This document shows, in pieces, positions 1-12,045 of a stretch of DNA of 64,000 nt. This DNA comes from Opitutia bacterium. Lineage in GTDB: Bacteria; Verrucomicrobiota; Verrucomicrobiia; Opitutales; Opitutaceae. The DNA is taken from assembly GCA_947478395.1 (NCBI GenBank), contig CANJVR010000002.1, positions 64,001-128,000 of the forward strand, in the 5' to 3' direction. The notes below the pieces were generated by a model. That model worked only from the letters and a program-made list of their open reading frames with translations. It did not search any database and was not told the DNA's origin. Every line of letters begins with the position of its first letter. Position 1 is the first letter of the stretch. The translations under genes were made by a program, and so were the position numbers.

Positions 1-9
1 AATCTTTTT

Positions 10-1062
10 TTATCCCGGCGTTGGCATCGTGGTGCCTGGCCGCTCGCTCTTCTGCTGTTTCGCTCGCGCGAGCTCCCGCATGTCGACGGCTACATCGTCC
101 TTCTCGAAAATTTCGCGACCAAGAATATGTTCGATGATGTCCTCCATCGTGATCACGCCGGCCGTCGCGCCGAACTCGTCCACGGCGACGAGCATTTTCG
201 TGTGAACCTTCAAACACACCTGCAGGGCCTGTCCGACGGAAACGGTCTCCGGAATGAAATGCGCTTCGCCCATGAGCGCTTCGACGAGGATGTTGTCCTG
301 GTCGTTGGCCTTGGCTTTTAACAAATCGCGTCGCCGCGCCAGACCGATGATGTCGTCGAGGTTTTTCTTATACACCGGCATGCGACCGAAGGGCAGGGAG
401 GGATATTCGCGCATCACGTCGCCCACGCTGGAGCCACCGCGCAACGCGGTGACCACGGTGCGCGGCGTCATGATGGCGCTCACGCGCACGTCATCGAGCG
501 AGAGCGCATTGGCGATCATGTTCGATTCGCTTTTGCTAAGTGAGCCGTCCTGGGCTCCGCGTTCCGCCAGCAGGATGATTTCCTCGTCGGAGCGATGGAC
601 GCTGACGGGTTCGCCGATGATCAGACGCACGACCACATTGCAAAACCACGTGACCGGAAACAGCGCCCGCCGCAGCCACCACAGGGGATAGACCACGTGC
701 GGTTGAAGCGCGCGGCGATAAACCACGCCCATCGTTTTGGGCAGCACTTCCGCCGCGACGAGCAACGTGATGCCGAAAGCCACGGTAATAAAAACGAGCG
801 TGCGTTCGCCAAAAAGATGGGCGCCAATCGCGCCGATCACGACGGAGCCGATGCCGTTGGCCGCGGTGTTTAGCGTGAGAATGGCCGAAATCGTTTCGTC
901 GAGCTGGTGCTTGATCGTTTCCAGCTTTGCGCCACGCCGGGGCCGGCTTTTTTTCAGCGCCTCGATCTCCGCCACGGTGGTGCTCAAGACCAGCGCCTCG
1001 AACAGCGAGCACACGAAGGAGATCACGAGCGTCACACCGATCGCGAAGATGAGCCAATACAT
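10..1062 (-). CDS. CNNM/DUF21 + CBS domain membrane protein (HlyC/CorC-like)
   Basis: N-terminal TM helices with 'SLFEALVLS' and 'AEVLPK', 'IMTPR', tandem CBS motifs 'VDEFGATAGVITMEDIIEHILG'. Confidence 0.9.
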   Translation of the reverse strand: MYWLIFAIGVTLVISFVCSLFEALVLSTTVAEIEALKKSRPRRGAKLETIKHQLDETISAILTLNTAANGIGSVVIGAIGAHLFGERTLVFITVAFGITLLVAAEVLPKTMGVVYRRALQPHVVYPLWWLRRALFPVTWFCNVVVRLIIGEPVSVHRSDEEIILLAERGAQDGSLSKSESNMIANALSLDDVRVSAIMTPRTVVTALRGGSSVGDVMREYPSLPFGRMPVYKKNLDDIIGLARRRDLLKAKANDQDNILVEALMGEAHFIPETVSVGQALQVCLKVHTKMLVAVDEFGATAGVITMEDIIEHILGREIFEKDDVAVDMRELARAKQQKSERPGTTMPTPG

Positions 1063-1170
1063 GACGCCAGTTTATAGACCCGTGGCGTTTTACGAATAGA
1101 AAGTGGGCCGCCGCCGGCCGGATTAAATCAGCCTTGCCGGTTTCGCGGAGCCGCCGCGTAGTCATCCGCC

Positions 1171-2274
1171 ATGAGTGACCTCCAACGCACGCCCCTGCGC
1201 GATTTCCACGCCGCGCACGGTGCGCGGCTCGTCGATTTCGCCGGCTGGGAAATGCCGGTGCAATATCGCAGCATCCTCGAAGAGCACAAAGCCGTGCGGC
1301 GGGCGGCGGGTCTATTCGACGTGAGCCACATGGGCGAAGTCGATGTGCGCGGTCCGGAAGCGGAAAAATTCCTGAATCATCTGGTCACAAATGACGTCGC
1401 CAAGCTCTTCCCCGGCCGCGTGCTTTACTCGCCGATGTGCTATCCGACCGGCGGCGTGGTCGACGATCTGCTCGTGTACATGCGCGGGCCGGACGATTAT
1501 TTTCTCTGCATCAACGCCGGCAATATTGCCAAGGACCTCGCCTGGATTCGCGCACAGGCGGCGCGGTTCGCCGTTTCGATCACGGATCGCTGCGCCGATT
1601 ACGCGCTGATCGCGGTGCAAGGCCCGCGCGCCGTGGCGATCGTGCAGGGCCTTACGGGCGCCAAGCTTGGCCTCTTGAAGTATTACCATTTCGTCGAAGG
1701 CACGGTGGCGGGTGTTCACTGCATCATCAGCCGCACGGGCTACACCGGGGAAGATGGCGTTGAACTTTATCACGCGGCCGGCGACGCCGTTGCTCTGACT
1801 GAAGCGATGCTCGCCGCGGGCGCGCCGCAAGGGCTTGAGCTCGCGGGACTCGGCGCGCGTGACAGTCTGCGTTTGGAAGCGGGCTATCCACTCTACGGCC
1901 ATGAAATCACCCAGGATATTTCGCCGCTCACCGCTGGTCTGGGCTGGACCGTGAAGTTGGACAAGGGCGTGGATTTCATCGGGCGCGATGCGCTCGTCGC
2001 CGAAAAACAAAACGGTGCGCCGGAAAAAGTGGTGTTCTTTAAAACGGGCGACCGGCGCATCGTCCGCGCCGACGCGCCGGTGTTGGGGCCGGACGGCGCC
2101 GTTGTCGGCCGCGTGCTTTCCGGCACCCTGTCGCCCATCCTCAACGAGGCCATTGGCTCGGCGCTCGTCGCAACGGCCTCGGCGGATCAAGCTCTCGCCG
2201 TGGATATTCGCGGCACCAAATTGAATTTGCACCTCGTCAAACCGCCCTTCGTCGAATTGAAAAAAACCCCATGA
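1171..2274 (+). CDS. gcvT: Glycine cleavage system aminomethyltransferase T
   Basis: '[10 protein letters not shown]', 'GLFDVSHMG', '[10 protein letters not shown]', '[13 protein letters not shown]'. Confidence 0.97.
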   Translation: MSDLQRTPLRDFHAAHGARLVDFAGWEMPVQYRSILEEHKAVRRAAGLFDVSHMGEVDVRGPEAEKFLNHLVTNDVAKLFPGRVLYSPMCYPTGGVVDDLLVYMRGPDDYFLCINAGNIAKDLAWIRAQAARFAVSITDRCADYALIAVQGPRAVAIVQGLTGAKLGLLKYYHFVEGTVAGVHCIISRTGYTGEDGVELYHAAGDAVALTEAMLAAGAPQGLELAGLGARDSLRLEAGYPLYGHEITQDISPLTAGLGWTVKLDKGVDFIGRDALVAEKQNGAPEKVVFFKTGDRRIVRADAPVLGPDGAVVGRVLSGTLSPILNEAIGSALVATASADQALAVDIRGTKLNLHLVKPPFVELKKTP

Positions 2275-2654
2275 GCAACGTCCCCGCCAATCTCCGTTAC
2301 GCGAAATCGCACGAATGGGTCCGTCTGGAAGGCGATGGCAGCGCCACCGTGGGCATCACCGACTACGCCCAGAGTTCGCTCGGCGACATCACTTTTGTCC
2401 AGCTGCCCAAGGTCGGTGCTGTTCTAAAAGCCGGCGATACGTTCGGGGTGGTTGAATCCGTCAAAGCGGCGTCGGATATTTATGCGCCGATCGGCGGCAC
2501 CGTGACCGCGGTGAACGGCACGCTCGACCGTGCGCCGGAATCCGTGAACAGCGCCCCGTACGATGGTGCGTGGTTGATCAAACTCCAAGTGGCCAATCCC
2601 GCCGAAGCCGGCGCTCTGCTGGACGCCGCGGCCTACACGCAAGCGATCGGTTGA
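2271..2654 (+). CDS. gcvH: Glycine cleavage system H protein
   Basis: 'SHEWV', 'VGITDYAQ', lipoyl-lysine motif 'VESVKAASD'; ATGA overlap with gcvT. Confidence 0.97.
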   Translation: MSNVPANLRYAKSHEWVRLEGDGSATVGITDYAQSSLGDITFVQLPKVGAVLKAGDTFGVVESVKAASDIYAPIGGTVTAVNGTLDRAPESVNSAPYDGAWLIKLQVANPAEAGALLDAAAYTQAIG

Positions 2655-3171
2655 AGCGTCGCAGACGCGAGAGGCGGCTGGCGGTTAAGCGGACCGACGG
2701 ATGGCTGCTGTCAGAGAAATCAGGTGCGGATTTTTCCCCGTAAATTTTCGGACGCGCGGGTGTTACTCGGTTCCGGGATCACAACTTCATCGTGCAAGGG
2801 TGCATTTGCCGGTTAACCGGAACCCGCAACCGCGGGCTCGCGACTCCCGCGATCACGGGACGGGGAAAGCCGATGAGCCGCTGAGGCCGAATACGAACGG
2901 CGGTGTCTGCGCGCATTTTCTGTGCGGGCAGGCTAACTCGAAAATTTTCACCTTAAACAACCCTGGGTCGCCGGCCCTTGGTTGATTCCGCCCCGTTCCT
3001 GAGCGCGGTGGATGACGCCCTCCGCCCATCGCCGCGGACGACTAAGGCGTTTTCGAGAACGGGTGTTGTAAGTGATAATCAAGTAACGCGCCGCGTTAGT
3101 CCGCGTGCCGAACCAAAGGCCGAGGGCTTGAAGCGTGCGCTAAGAAATTACAGGCGGCCGCGGTCCCAAAA

Positions 3172-5130
<1,959 letters not shown>

Positions 5131-5217
5131 TGCGGAACGGGGAGGTGATAGGGCTTGCTTTCGCGGACACGGAATTGATTACCTGCGTGTTTCTTTTTTC
5201 AAAATCCTCAACACGCA

Positions 5218-5580
5218 ATGATGAATATGTTCCCCGTCGCCACCTTGCTTACGTACTTTGCTCAGGCCGCCGCACCCGGTTCTGGTCCGGCCGGCAATGG
5301 TTCGATGGTGCAGATGCTTCTCTTTTACGGCCTGATTGCGGGCGGTTTCTATTTCCTTTTCATCGCGCCCCAGCGCAAAAAACAGAAGGAACATGAGAAG
5401 TTGCTGGCTTCGTTACAATCAGGCGACGAGGTGCTGACGACCGGCGGAATCTACGGCACGATCACGAACGTGAAGGACGATCGTTTTGTGGTCCGGATCG
5501 CGGAGAGCACCAAGATTGAAGTCGGCAAGGGCTTCATCTCCGCCGTCACGAAGAAGACCGACGCCGAGGAAAAGAAGTAA
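5218..5580 (+). CDS. yajC: Preprotein translocase subunit YajC
   Basis: Single TM followed by 'PQRKKQKEH', 'GDEVLTTGGIYG'; upstream of secDF. Confidence 0.93.
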   Translation: MMNMFPVATLLTYFAQAAAPGSGPAGNGSMVQMLLFYGLIAGGFYFLFIAPQRKKQKEHEKLLASLQSGDEVLTTGGIYGTITNVKDDRFVVRIAESTKIEVGKGFISAVTKKTDAEEKK

Positions 5581-5690
5581 GCCTGCCCAGCTCGATCCGT
5601 CGCGCGTGAATGGCGCGAGTCATGACGACCGTCCCGGTACGGCTCGGACGCCGGACCTGACCCCAACCCCCTTTTTAAACCCAAACGACC

Positions 5691-8240
5691 ATGCTCAAAC
5701 GCAACCTCTGGAAGATCGTGCTCTCTCTCACCATCGCGGTGTGGGCGATCAGCGAACTCGTTCCGCTCAAAGACGTGCCTTTCGCGACCTACGCGAAAGA
5801 CCACGCCACCGCGAAACCCGCCGAATTCGCCAAACTCCTCGATGAAGCCGCCGCCAGCGCAAAGCTCGGCCGCGCACCGAGCGATTACGTCGCCCTCAAA
5901 GCCCTCGCCAAGGAGCGCAAGATCGACCTCACCCAATATTTTCCGAATATCCGCCTCGAGGATTCGCTGCGCAATGTTGAGAAGCGAAACGAGATTCTGC
6001 TCGGCGAACTTTTCCGCCGTTCCAAGGGCCGGCTCCAGCTCGGCCTCGACCTAAAGGGCGGCGTCGCGTTCACGCTCGAAGTCGACGACCGCGTCGCCGC
6101 CAAGGATTCCGACCGCGATCGCGCGGAGAAACTCACCAAGGCCATCGAAATCATCGGGGCCCGCATCAATGCCTTCGGCGTCGCGGAGCCGGTCATCCGC
6201 CCGATCGGCAACAACCGTATCGAAGTCCAGCTCCCCGGACTCGACACGCGCACCAACCCTGACGTCATCGATCAGGTCAAGAAGCCCGCGCGCCTCGATT
6301 TCCGCATGGTCGAAGCGACGCTCGCGCCCGGCCCCGGCGTCGACACGCCTCCCGGCTACGAAATCATGACGCTGGATCATGAGGGCGTCCGCGGGGAATC
6401 GTCCGTCGAAGAACTTTTCGTCAAACGCATTCCCGAGATGACGGGCGAAATGATTGAAACGTCGTTTGCCCGCCCCGATCTCTACGGCAAGCCCGAGGTC
6501 ATTCTCCAATTCACCAGCGCCGGCCGAAAGCGTTTCGCTGAAGTCACCCGCGCTATCGCCGAGGGTGGCCAGCAGGCTGGCCGCTTGGGTCGCCTCGCGA
6601 TCGTGCTCGATGGTAAACTTTATTCGGCGCCGACCGTCCGCGAAGAGATCAACAACGACTCGGCCCAGATCAGCGGCAGTTTCTCGGATCGCGAAGCCAT
6701 CAATCTGGCGAACGTCCTCAATAATCCGCTGGATCTTCCGCTCGTCATCAAAGAGCAGCACGCCGTCGGCCCATCGCTCGCGCAAGACGCCATCGACAGC
6801 GGCGTGAAAGCCTCGGTCATTGGCACCGCGCTGGTCGCGGCGTTCATGATCACGTTCTACACCACCGGCGGTATCGTCGCCGTGGCGTCGCTCGCGGTTA
6901 ATATCCTCATTATCGTCGGCTTCATGGCCAGCATCGGCGCCACCATGACCCTGCCCGGACTCGCCGGTATCGTTTTGACCATCGGCATGGCGGTCGATGC
7001 GAACATCCTGATTTTCGAGCGCATGCGTGAAGAGCTTGCCGCCGGCAAGAGCTTGGCGACGTCTACGCAAACCGGCTTCATGAAAGCGCTCACGACCATT
7101 TTGGACGCGCACATCGTCCAGCTGATCATCTGCGCGATCATGATCTGGCTCGGCACCGGACCGATCAAAGGCTTCGGCGTTACGCTGGCCATCGGTGTCA
7201 TCTCGACGCTCATCACGGTCCTGATCACGGCCCACCTTATTCTCGAGCTGCTGGTCGACTCGAACACCCTTAAGAAAATGACGATGCGCCACCTGTTGAA
7301 GAACATCAACGTGGACTTCATCAAGTACGGCAAACCGGCCTTCATCGGCTCCTGGCTCGTCGTTCTGCTGGGTCTCGGCGTGGTCGCTTACAAGGGTAGC
7401 CACATCTACGGCATCGATTTCGCCGGCGGCGACGTGGTTAGCATCGAGTTCAAGGATCGCCTCGACGTCGCCAAGATCCACGAACTCGCGAAAGCGAATG
7501 GCATCACCGAGGTGAATCCCGCCTACGTGAGCCCGCTCGGCGGCGGCAAGGAAACGCTCAAGATCGAAACGCCCGAAGGCAAATCCGCGGTCCTATTCGC
7601 GGCACTCCAGAAAGCCTATCCCTCGGCTGGTTTGGTCAGTGTCGGCGAGGAACACATCGGTGCCGCCATCGGCAAGGAAATCGAGCTCAACGCCCTCCTC
7701 GCCATCGGCGTGTCGATGCTGACGATTCTCGTCTACATCGCATTCCGCTTCGAGTTCGGCTTCGGCCTCGGAGCGATGTTCTCCACCTTCCACGATATTC
7801 TGATGACCATCGGCATTTTCGTGCTCTTCGGTCACCAGTTCTCGGCGCCCATGGTGGCCGCGATCCTGTGTATCGCGGGTTACTCGATCAACGAGACCGT
7901 GGTCGTCTTTGACCGCATTCGGGAGGAGCTGAAACTCAATCCGACCGGCTCGTTACGCGACGTGGTCAACACCGCCATCAACAAAGTTTTTGCCCGCACG
8001 ATCATGACCTCTTCGACGACGTTTCTCGCGGCGTTGTCGTTGTTCGTCTTCGGCAGCGGTACGTTGAGCGACATTTCGTTCACGTTCTTGGTCGGTATCG
8101 TGACCTCGACCTTCTCGGCCATCTTCGTCGCGTCCCAAGTCTTCTACTGGTGGCACAAGGGCGACCGGAAGCATGTCGAGGCCCACGAAGATATCGCCCC
8201 GAAATACGAGTGGACCGGCGCCAGCAAGGCTTCGGAATAA
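5691..8240 (+). CDS. secDF: Fused protein translocase subunit SecDF
   Basis: 'LGLDLKGG', 'VGPSL', 'IGMAVDANILIFER' (SecD) and 'GIDFAGG', 'GYSINETVVVFDRIRE' (SecF). Confidence 0.96.
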   Translation: MLKRNLWKIVLSLTIAVWAISELVPLKDVPFATYAKDHATAKPAEFAKLLDEAAASAKLGRAPSDYVALKALAKERKIDLTQYFPNIRLEDSLRNVEKRNEILLGELFRRSKGRLQLGLDLKGGVAFTLEVDDRVAAKDSDRDRAEKLTKAIEIIGARINAFGVAEPVIRPIGNNRIEVQLPGLDTRTNPDVIDQVKKPARLDFRMVEATLAPGPGVDTPPGYEIMTLDHEGVRGESSVEELFVKRIPEMTGEMIETSFARPDLYGKPEVILQFTSAGRKRFAEVTRAIAEGGQQAGRLGRLAIVLDGKLYSAPTVREEINNDSAQISGSFSDREAINLANVLNNPLDLPLVIKEQHAVGPSLAQDAIDSGVKASVIGTALVAAFMITFYTTGGIVAVASLAVNILIIVGFMASIGATMTLPGLAGIVLTIGMAVDANILIFERMREELAAGKSLATSTQTGFMKALTTILDAHIVQLIICAIMIWLGTGPIKGFGVTLAIGVISTLITVLITAHLILELLVDSNTLKKMTMRHLLKNINVDFIKYGKPAFIGSWLVVLLGLGVVAYKGSHIYGIDFAGGDVVSIEFKDRLDVAKIHELAKANGITEVNPAYVSPLGGGKETLKIETPEGKSAVLFAALQKAYPSAGLVSVGEEHIGAAIGKEIELNALLAIGVSMLTILVYIAFRFEFGFGLGAMFSTFHDILMTIGIFVLFGHQFSAPMVAAILCIAGYSINETVVVFDRIREELKLNPTGSLRDVVNTAINKVFARTIMTSSTTFLAALSLFVFGSGTLSDISFTFLVGIVTSTFSAIFVASQVFYWWHKGDRKHVEAHEDIAPKYEWTGASKASE

Positions 8241-8249
8241 TTTTCAAAA

Positions 8250-8336
8250 GTAGGGCGGATTATCCCTAATCCGCCGCTGTGACTCGGCCCACCGGAGCGC
8301 TGAGCCCAACCGGCGCGTTAAGGTCACGCGCCCTAC
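8250..8336. repeat. GTAG-type REP doublet (family GTAGGGCG), copy 1
   Basis: GTAGGGCGGATTATCCCTAATCCGCC...GGCGCGTTAAGGTCACGCGCCCTAC; close reverse complement at 14836-14924. Confidence 0.8.
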
Positions 8337-8343
8337 CTCGGAA

Positions 8344-10071
8344 ATGCCACCCATGCGCTGGACTCACACGCCGCGCCCGCCGCAGGACATCGACGGCGTC
8401 AGTAAACGCGCCGGGGTCAGCCCTGTGCTCGCCGAGCTGTTGCTGCGCTCGGGGCAGGGCGAAAATCCGCTGGAATTTCTGGAAGCGGCTCTCGCCGGTT
8501 TGGGCGATCCCTTTTTACTGCGTAATCTAGAAGCCGCGGCGCGCCGGATTTGCGGCGCGATCGAGCGCGCCGAAGCCGTCGTCGTGCTCGGTGACTACGA
8601 CGTCGATGGCGTGAGCAGCACCGCGCTGCTCGTCTCGATTCTGCGCCGCTTCGGACTCAAACCGCATTTCGTCGTGCCGCGCCGCTCCGAAGATGGCTAC
8701 GGGCTTTCGCGCAGCGCGATCGACCGCGCGTTGGAGAATGGGAAGCCCCATCTTTTCATCGCGCTCGATTGCGGCACGAACTCCCACGCTGAGGTCGCGC
8801 ATCTGCGCGCGCAGGGGATTGATGTCATCGTCGTCGATCATCATCGCTCGAAGGAACAGCCGCTGGTGGACGGGCTGCTGATCAATCCGCACGTCGATGC
8901 CGATGTCACCAACGCCGACGCGGCGTGGCGCAACCTTTGTACGGTCGGACTGGTGTTCAAGCTCGCGCACGGGCTGCTAAAGATGCTCCGCGCGGAGAAT
9001 CATCCGGTCGCGCATCGCATCAAGTTGCGCGATCATCTCGACCTCGTGGCGCTGGGCACGATCGCCGATCTCGTACCCTTGCTGGGCGAGAATCGCATCA
9101 TGGCGCGGCACGGACTCCGTATTTTGCAGGACACGACGCGGCCCGGACTGCGTGCGCTCATGGACATCGCGGGGGTGCGGCCGGGCCAGACGATCATGCC
9201 GGTGGATATTTCATTTCGCCTCGGACCGCGCATCAACGCCTCGGGGCGGCTGGCGGACGCGGCGCTGTCGGTTGAGTTGTTGTTGAGCGAGGATGCGGGC
9301 TTTTGTGCCGAGACGGCGTTGCAACTGGAAGCGTTCAACCGCGAGCGTCAGGACATTGAGCGCGGGATCACGGACGAGGCGGAGCAGATGATCGAGACGC
9401 AGTTTTCGCATTTGCCGGGCATTGTGCTTTTCAGTGAGAACTGGCACCCGGGCGTCGTCGGCATCGTGGCGGGCCGCGTCACGCGCAAATACAACCGCCC
9501 GTGTGTCGTGCTGGGCAACGAAGGGGAGCTGGCCAAAGGTTCCGGTCGCAGCGTCGATGGAATCAATCTGGTCGAGGTTCTGGGGACCTGCGCGGAGCAC
9601 CTCACAAGTTGGGGCGGGCACCCGATGGCGGTGGGCGTCGCGTTGACGAAGACGAAGCTCGAAGAATTTCGGGCGAGCTTTGCCGCCGCGGTGCGCGCGC
9701 ATGTGGGCGGGGAGATTGCCGAGGCCGAGTTGAAGATTGCCGCGTGGCTCACGCCGGAGCAAATCCGCGAACGGTTGATGGAGGAGGTGGAGGCGTTGCA
9801 TCCCTTCGGGCAGGGCAACCCGGAGCCGGTGTATGGGGTGCGCGGGGTCGTACTGCGGCAGCGGCCAATCGTGTTTAAGGAGCATCATTTCCGGTTCACG
9901 TTCGACGACGCGTCCGGCCGGCGCCTGCATGGCGTGGCCTGGAAGATGGCGCACCGTTTGCCGCCGCTGGGCGTACCGTTGGATTTTGCCGTCGAGATGG
10001 CGTGGAATCATTTCAACGACCGCAAATTGCTCCAACTTGAGCTGATTGACTGGAGACTGGCCGCCGGGTGA
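8344..10071 (+). CDS. recJ: ssDNA exonuclease RecJ
   Basis: DHH motifs 'GDYDVDG', 'DCG', 'DHH', 'GTIADLVPL', 'PRINASGRL', 'PFGQGNPEP'. Confidence 0.96.
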   Translation: MPPMRWTHTPRPPQDIDGVSKRAGVSPVLAELLLRSGQGENPLEFLEAALAGLGDPFLLRNLEAAARRICGAIERAEAVVVLGDYDVDGVSSTALLVSILRRFGLKPHFVVPRRSEDGYGLSRSAIDRALENGKPHLFIALDCGTNSHAEVAHLRAQGIDVIVVDHHRSKEQPLVDGLLINPHVDADVTNADAAWRNLCTVGLVFKLAHGLLKMLRAENHPVAHRIKLRDHLDLVALGTIADLVPLLGENRIMARHGLRILQDTTRPGLRALMDIAGVRPGQTIMPVDISFRLGPRINASGRLADAALSVELLLSEDAGFCAETALQLEAFNRERQDIERGITDEAEQMIETQFSHLPGIVLFSENWHPGVVGIVAGRVTRKYNRPCVVLGNEGELAKGSGRSVDGINLVEVLGTCAEHLTSWGGHPMAVGVALTKTKLEEFRASFAAAVRAHVGGEIAEAELKIAAWLTPEQIRERLMEEVEALHPFGQGNPEPVYGVRGVVLRQRPIVFKEHHFRFTFDDASGRRLHGVAWKMAHRLPPLGVPLDFAVEMAWNHFNDRKLLQLELIDWRLAAG

Positions 10072-10112
10072 ACCGGCGGCGGTTTTGGGTTTTCAGTTGG
10101 GAATCAGAAAAC

Positions 10113-10221
10113 GAGAGCGGTTGAGGTTTTTCCGTCGTCGTTGGGTGTAGCGGCTGGCGTCTCTGGTTGCCGGGTACCGCGTGCTCGTTTCGGCGGGCCG
10201 GGATGCCTGCCGCTACGTCGT
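10113..10221. mobile_element. MITE-like repeat with GTAG-REP hairpin, copy A (degenerate, right end lost)
   Basis: GAGAGCGGTTGAGGTTTTTCCG...GTAGCGGCTGGCGTCTCTG...GATGCCTGCCGCTACGTCG aligns with 16899-17036. Confidence 0.7.
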
Positions 10222-10490
10222 GGGGCGCCTCTTTCTCATCGTGAGGCGAGCGAAGCGCGCAGTGGCTAAACCGTCAGGTGCGACGCCTGATCGGAAGCCG
10301 AGGAAAAGCAGAGCTACGCGAAGCATCAAATTACGATGCGCGATTTGTCCGGAACTCGAAGCCCGAAACGCAAAACTCGAAACCGCGCGTCTCGCGCAAA
10401 CTTCAAACCGCGGTAATTTCGGCGCGCAGCGCGGCGAAATTACCGCTTGCACTGCGCGGTGAATGTTTGCTTCTTTCCGCCCTCTGTTAC

Positions 10491-10567
10491 GCAGGCATAG
10501 CTCAACTGGATAGAGCGCCAGACTACGAATCTGGAGGTTTGGGGTTCGACTCCCTATGCCTGCACCA
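10491..10567 (+). tRNA. tRNA-Arg(ACG)
   Basis: GCAGGCA/TGCCTGC acceptor stem, D-loop AACTGGATA, anticodon loop CT-ACG-AA, GGTTCGAC T-loop, encoded CCA. Confidence 0.97.
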
Positions 10568-10702
10568 ACTTTTAATCTGCTTTTTAGCAGGGAGAAGCGA
10601 AAGGGTTTAAGCGGGTTTTGACCGAGCGCCAACGGCGGGTGGCAACCCGTTGTAGTAAGGACGGTGAACTGCAGGCGCGCTTAGGCTCCGGCGCCCTAAA
10701 AT

Positions 10703-10740
10703 AAAAAACCCCGGAGCGCTTCGCGCACTCCAGGGTTTTG
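10703..10740 (-). terminator. Probable intrinsic terminator downstream of raiA
   Basis: AAAAAACCCCGGAGCGC-TTC-GCGCACTCCAGGGTTTT hairpin with T-run on the minus strand. Confidence 0.6.
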
Positions 10741-10767
10741 CTTTCAAATCGAAAGACGAATCGATGC

Positions 10768-11139
10768 TCAGATCGCTTGCGGGAACTTGGCTTCCAAGTC
10801 CAGGCGGCCGGTTTGATGGCGTTTCACCTTCATCAGACGCGCGCGGCGGCTGAGCATGCGGTCGAGTTTGTCGACGAGGAGCGCGATGGCCTTGTGACAC
10901 TCGTCGGCTTCGACCGCGGCGTTCATGTCGGGGCCATGAATCGCAACATGCCCCTTCGCTTTGAACCGCGTAGTGACCGACTCTTTCGGATCACACTCGA
11001 GCTCCACGCGGACGCGCACGATGCGCTCCTCGTGGCGAAATAACCGCTCCATTTTCTCCTGCACGTAGGTTTTGAGCGACGGAGTCAGCTCGAGGTGGAT
11101 TCCCGATACGATCAGTTCGTGGTGGTTTTGTCTGTTCAT
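10768..11139 (-). CDS. raiA: Ribosome hibernation factor (RaiA/HPF family)
   Basis: 'SGIHLELTPSLKTYVQEKMERL', 'AIALLVDKLDRML' are typical of S30EA/HPF. Confidence 0.88.
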   Translation of the reverse strand: MNRQNHHELIVSGIHLELTPSLKTYVQEKMERLFRHEERIVRVRVELECDPKESVTTRFKAKGHVAIHGPDMNAAVEADECHKAIALLVDKLDRMLSRRARLMKVKRHQTGRLDLEAKFPQAI

Positions 11140-11226
11140 GTTTCTGCGTATGTTTTGGTTAACCGCAGTCGGCCGGATGGTCGGCTGTCGAAAGAGTAAA
11201 AATAACCTACACCTATCGGATTCCCT

Positions 11227-12045
11227 GTGCCCTCGTTAAACGAAGCGCTCCAAGAATTCACGGCCGTCATTGTGACGGGCGGATCTTCCGGTATTGGAAA
11301 ATCATTCATCGAACGGTGCGGAGAATGGAATGCGAACCTCACGGTTTGCAACCTCTCTCGACGAACTCCGGACCTGTTTTACGGAAAGCTTAAGCTCCGC
11401 CATTTTCCCTGCGACCTCGCGCAGAGTTCGAGCCTCGCTTCCGTCGTGCAAGAGGTAGAAGCGTTCCTGCAGCGTGAGGCTCCGCAAGGACGCGTGCTGC
11501 TGCTGAACAACAGCGGATTTGGCGCTTACGGATATTTTCCGGAACCGAACGTCGCGCATCTTACCGAGATGGTGGATGTGAATGTCCGCGCGGTGGTCGA
11601 ACTCACTGGCCGTTTGATGCCGCTGCTGAAAGCGCGCGGCGGCGCGATTGTGAACATCGCTTCGACGGCTGCGTTTCAACCCACCGCGTTCATGGCCACC
11701 TACGGCGCGACCAAGGCTTTCGTGCTGCACTGGAGCTTGGCGTTAAATGAAGAGCTGCGGGGCTCGAACGTGCGCGCGCTCGCGGTTTGCCCGGGGCCGA
11801 CCGCGACGGAATTTTTTCGCCGCGCGGGATTGGAAAAAGGCAGCGTGGCCGACGCGCTGAGCATGTCGTGCGAAGCTGTCATCGACGCCACGCTGCGGGC
11901 GCTGGCCGGCAAACGCAGCCTCGTCGTGCCGGGGTGGAAAAACCAAGTGAGTGCGGCCGTGGGCTCGATGGCGCCAAAGCGACTGGCGGCGTGGGTCGCC
12001 GCGAAAGTGCTGGCGCGGTTTCGGCTGAAGAAAGTCGCGCGATGA
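11227..12045 (+). CDS. SDR family oxidoreductase
   Basis: 'TGGSSGIG', 'NNSG', 'YGATK', 'CPGPT'. Confidence 0.92.
   Translation: MPSLNEALQEFTAVIVTGGSSGIGKSFIERCGEWNANLTVCNLSRRTPDLFYGKLKLRHFPCDLAQSSSLASVVQEVEAFLQREAPQGRVLLLNNSGFGAYGYFPEPNVAHLTEMVDVNVRAVVELTGRLMPLLKARGGAIVNIASTAAFQPTAFMATYGATKAFVLHWSLALNEELRGSNVRALAVCPGPTATEFFRRAGLEKGSVADALSMSCEAVIDATLRALAGKRSLVVPGWKNQVSAAVGSMAPKRLAAWVAAKVLARFRLKKVAR

Noticed and set aside
1063..1170. Glycine riboswitch upstream of gcvT
   Set aside because: Only 108 bp shared with a divergent gene; no GGAGA/CCGAAG/CTCTCAGG motifs
2869..2896. Hammerhead-like CCGATGAGCC..GGCCGAA
   Set aside because: Core deviates from CUGANGA and GAAA, and I could not build stems I and III
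10568..10680. att-site remnant after tRNA-Arg(ACG)
   Set aside because: AT-rich tail only; no direct repeat or integrase fragment seen
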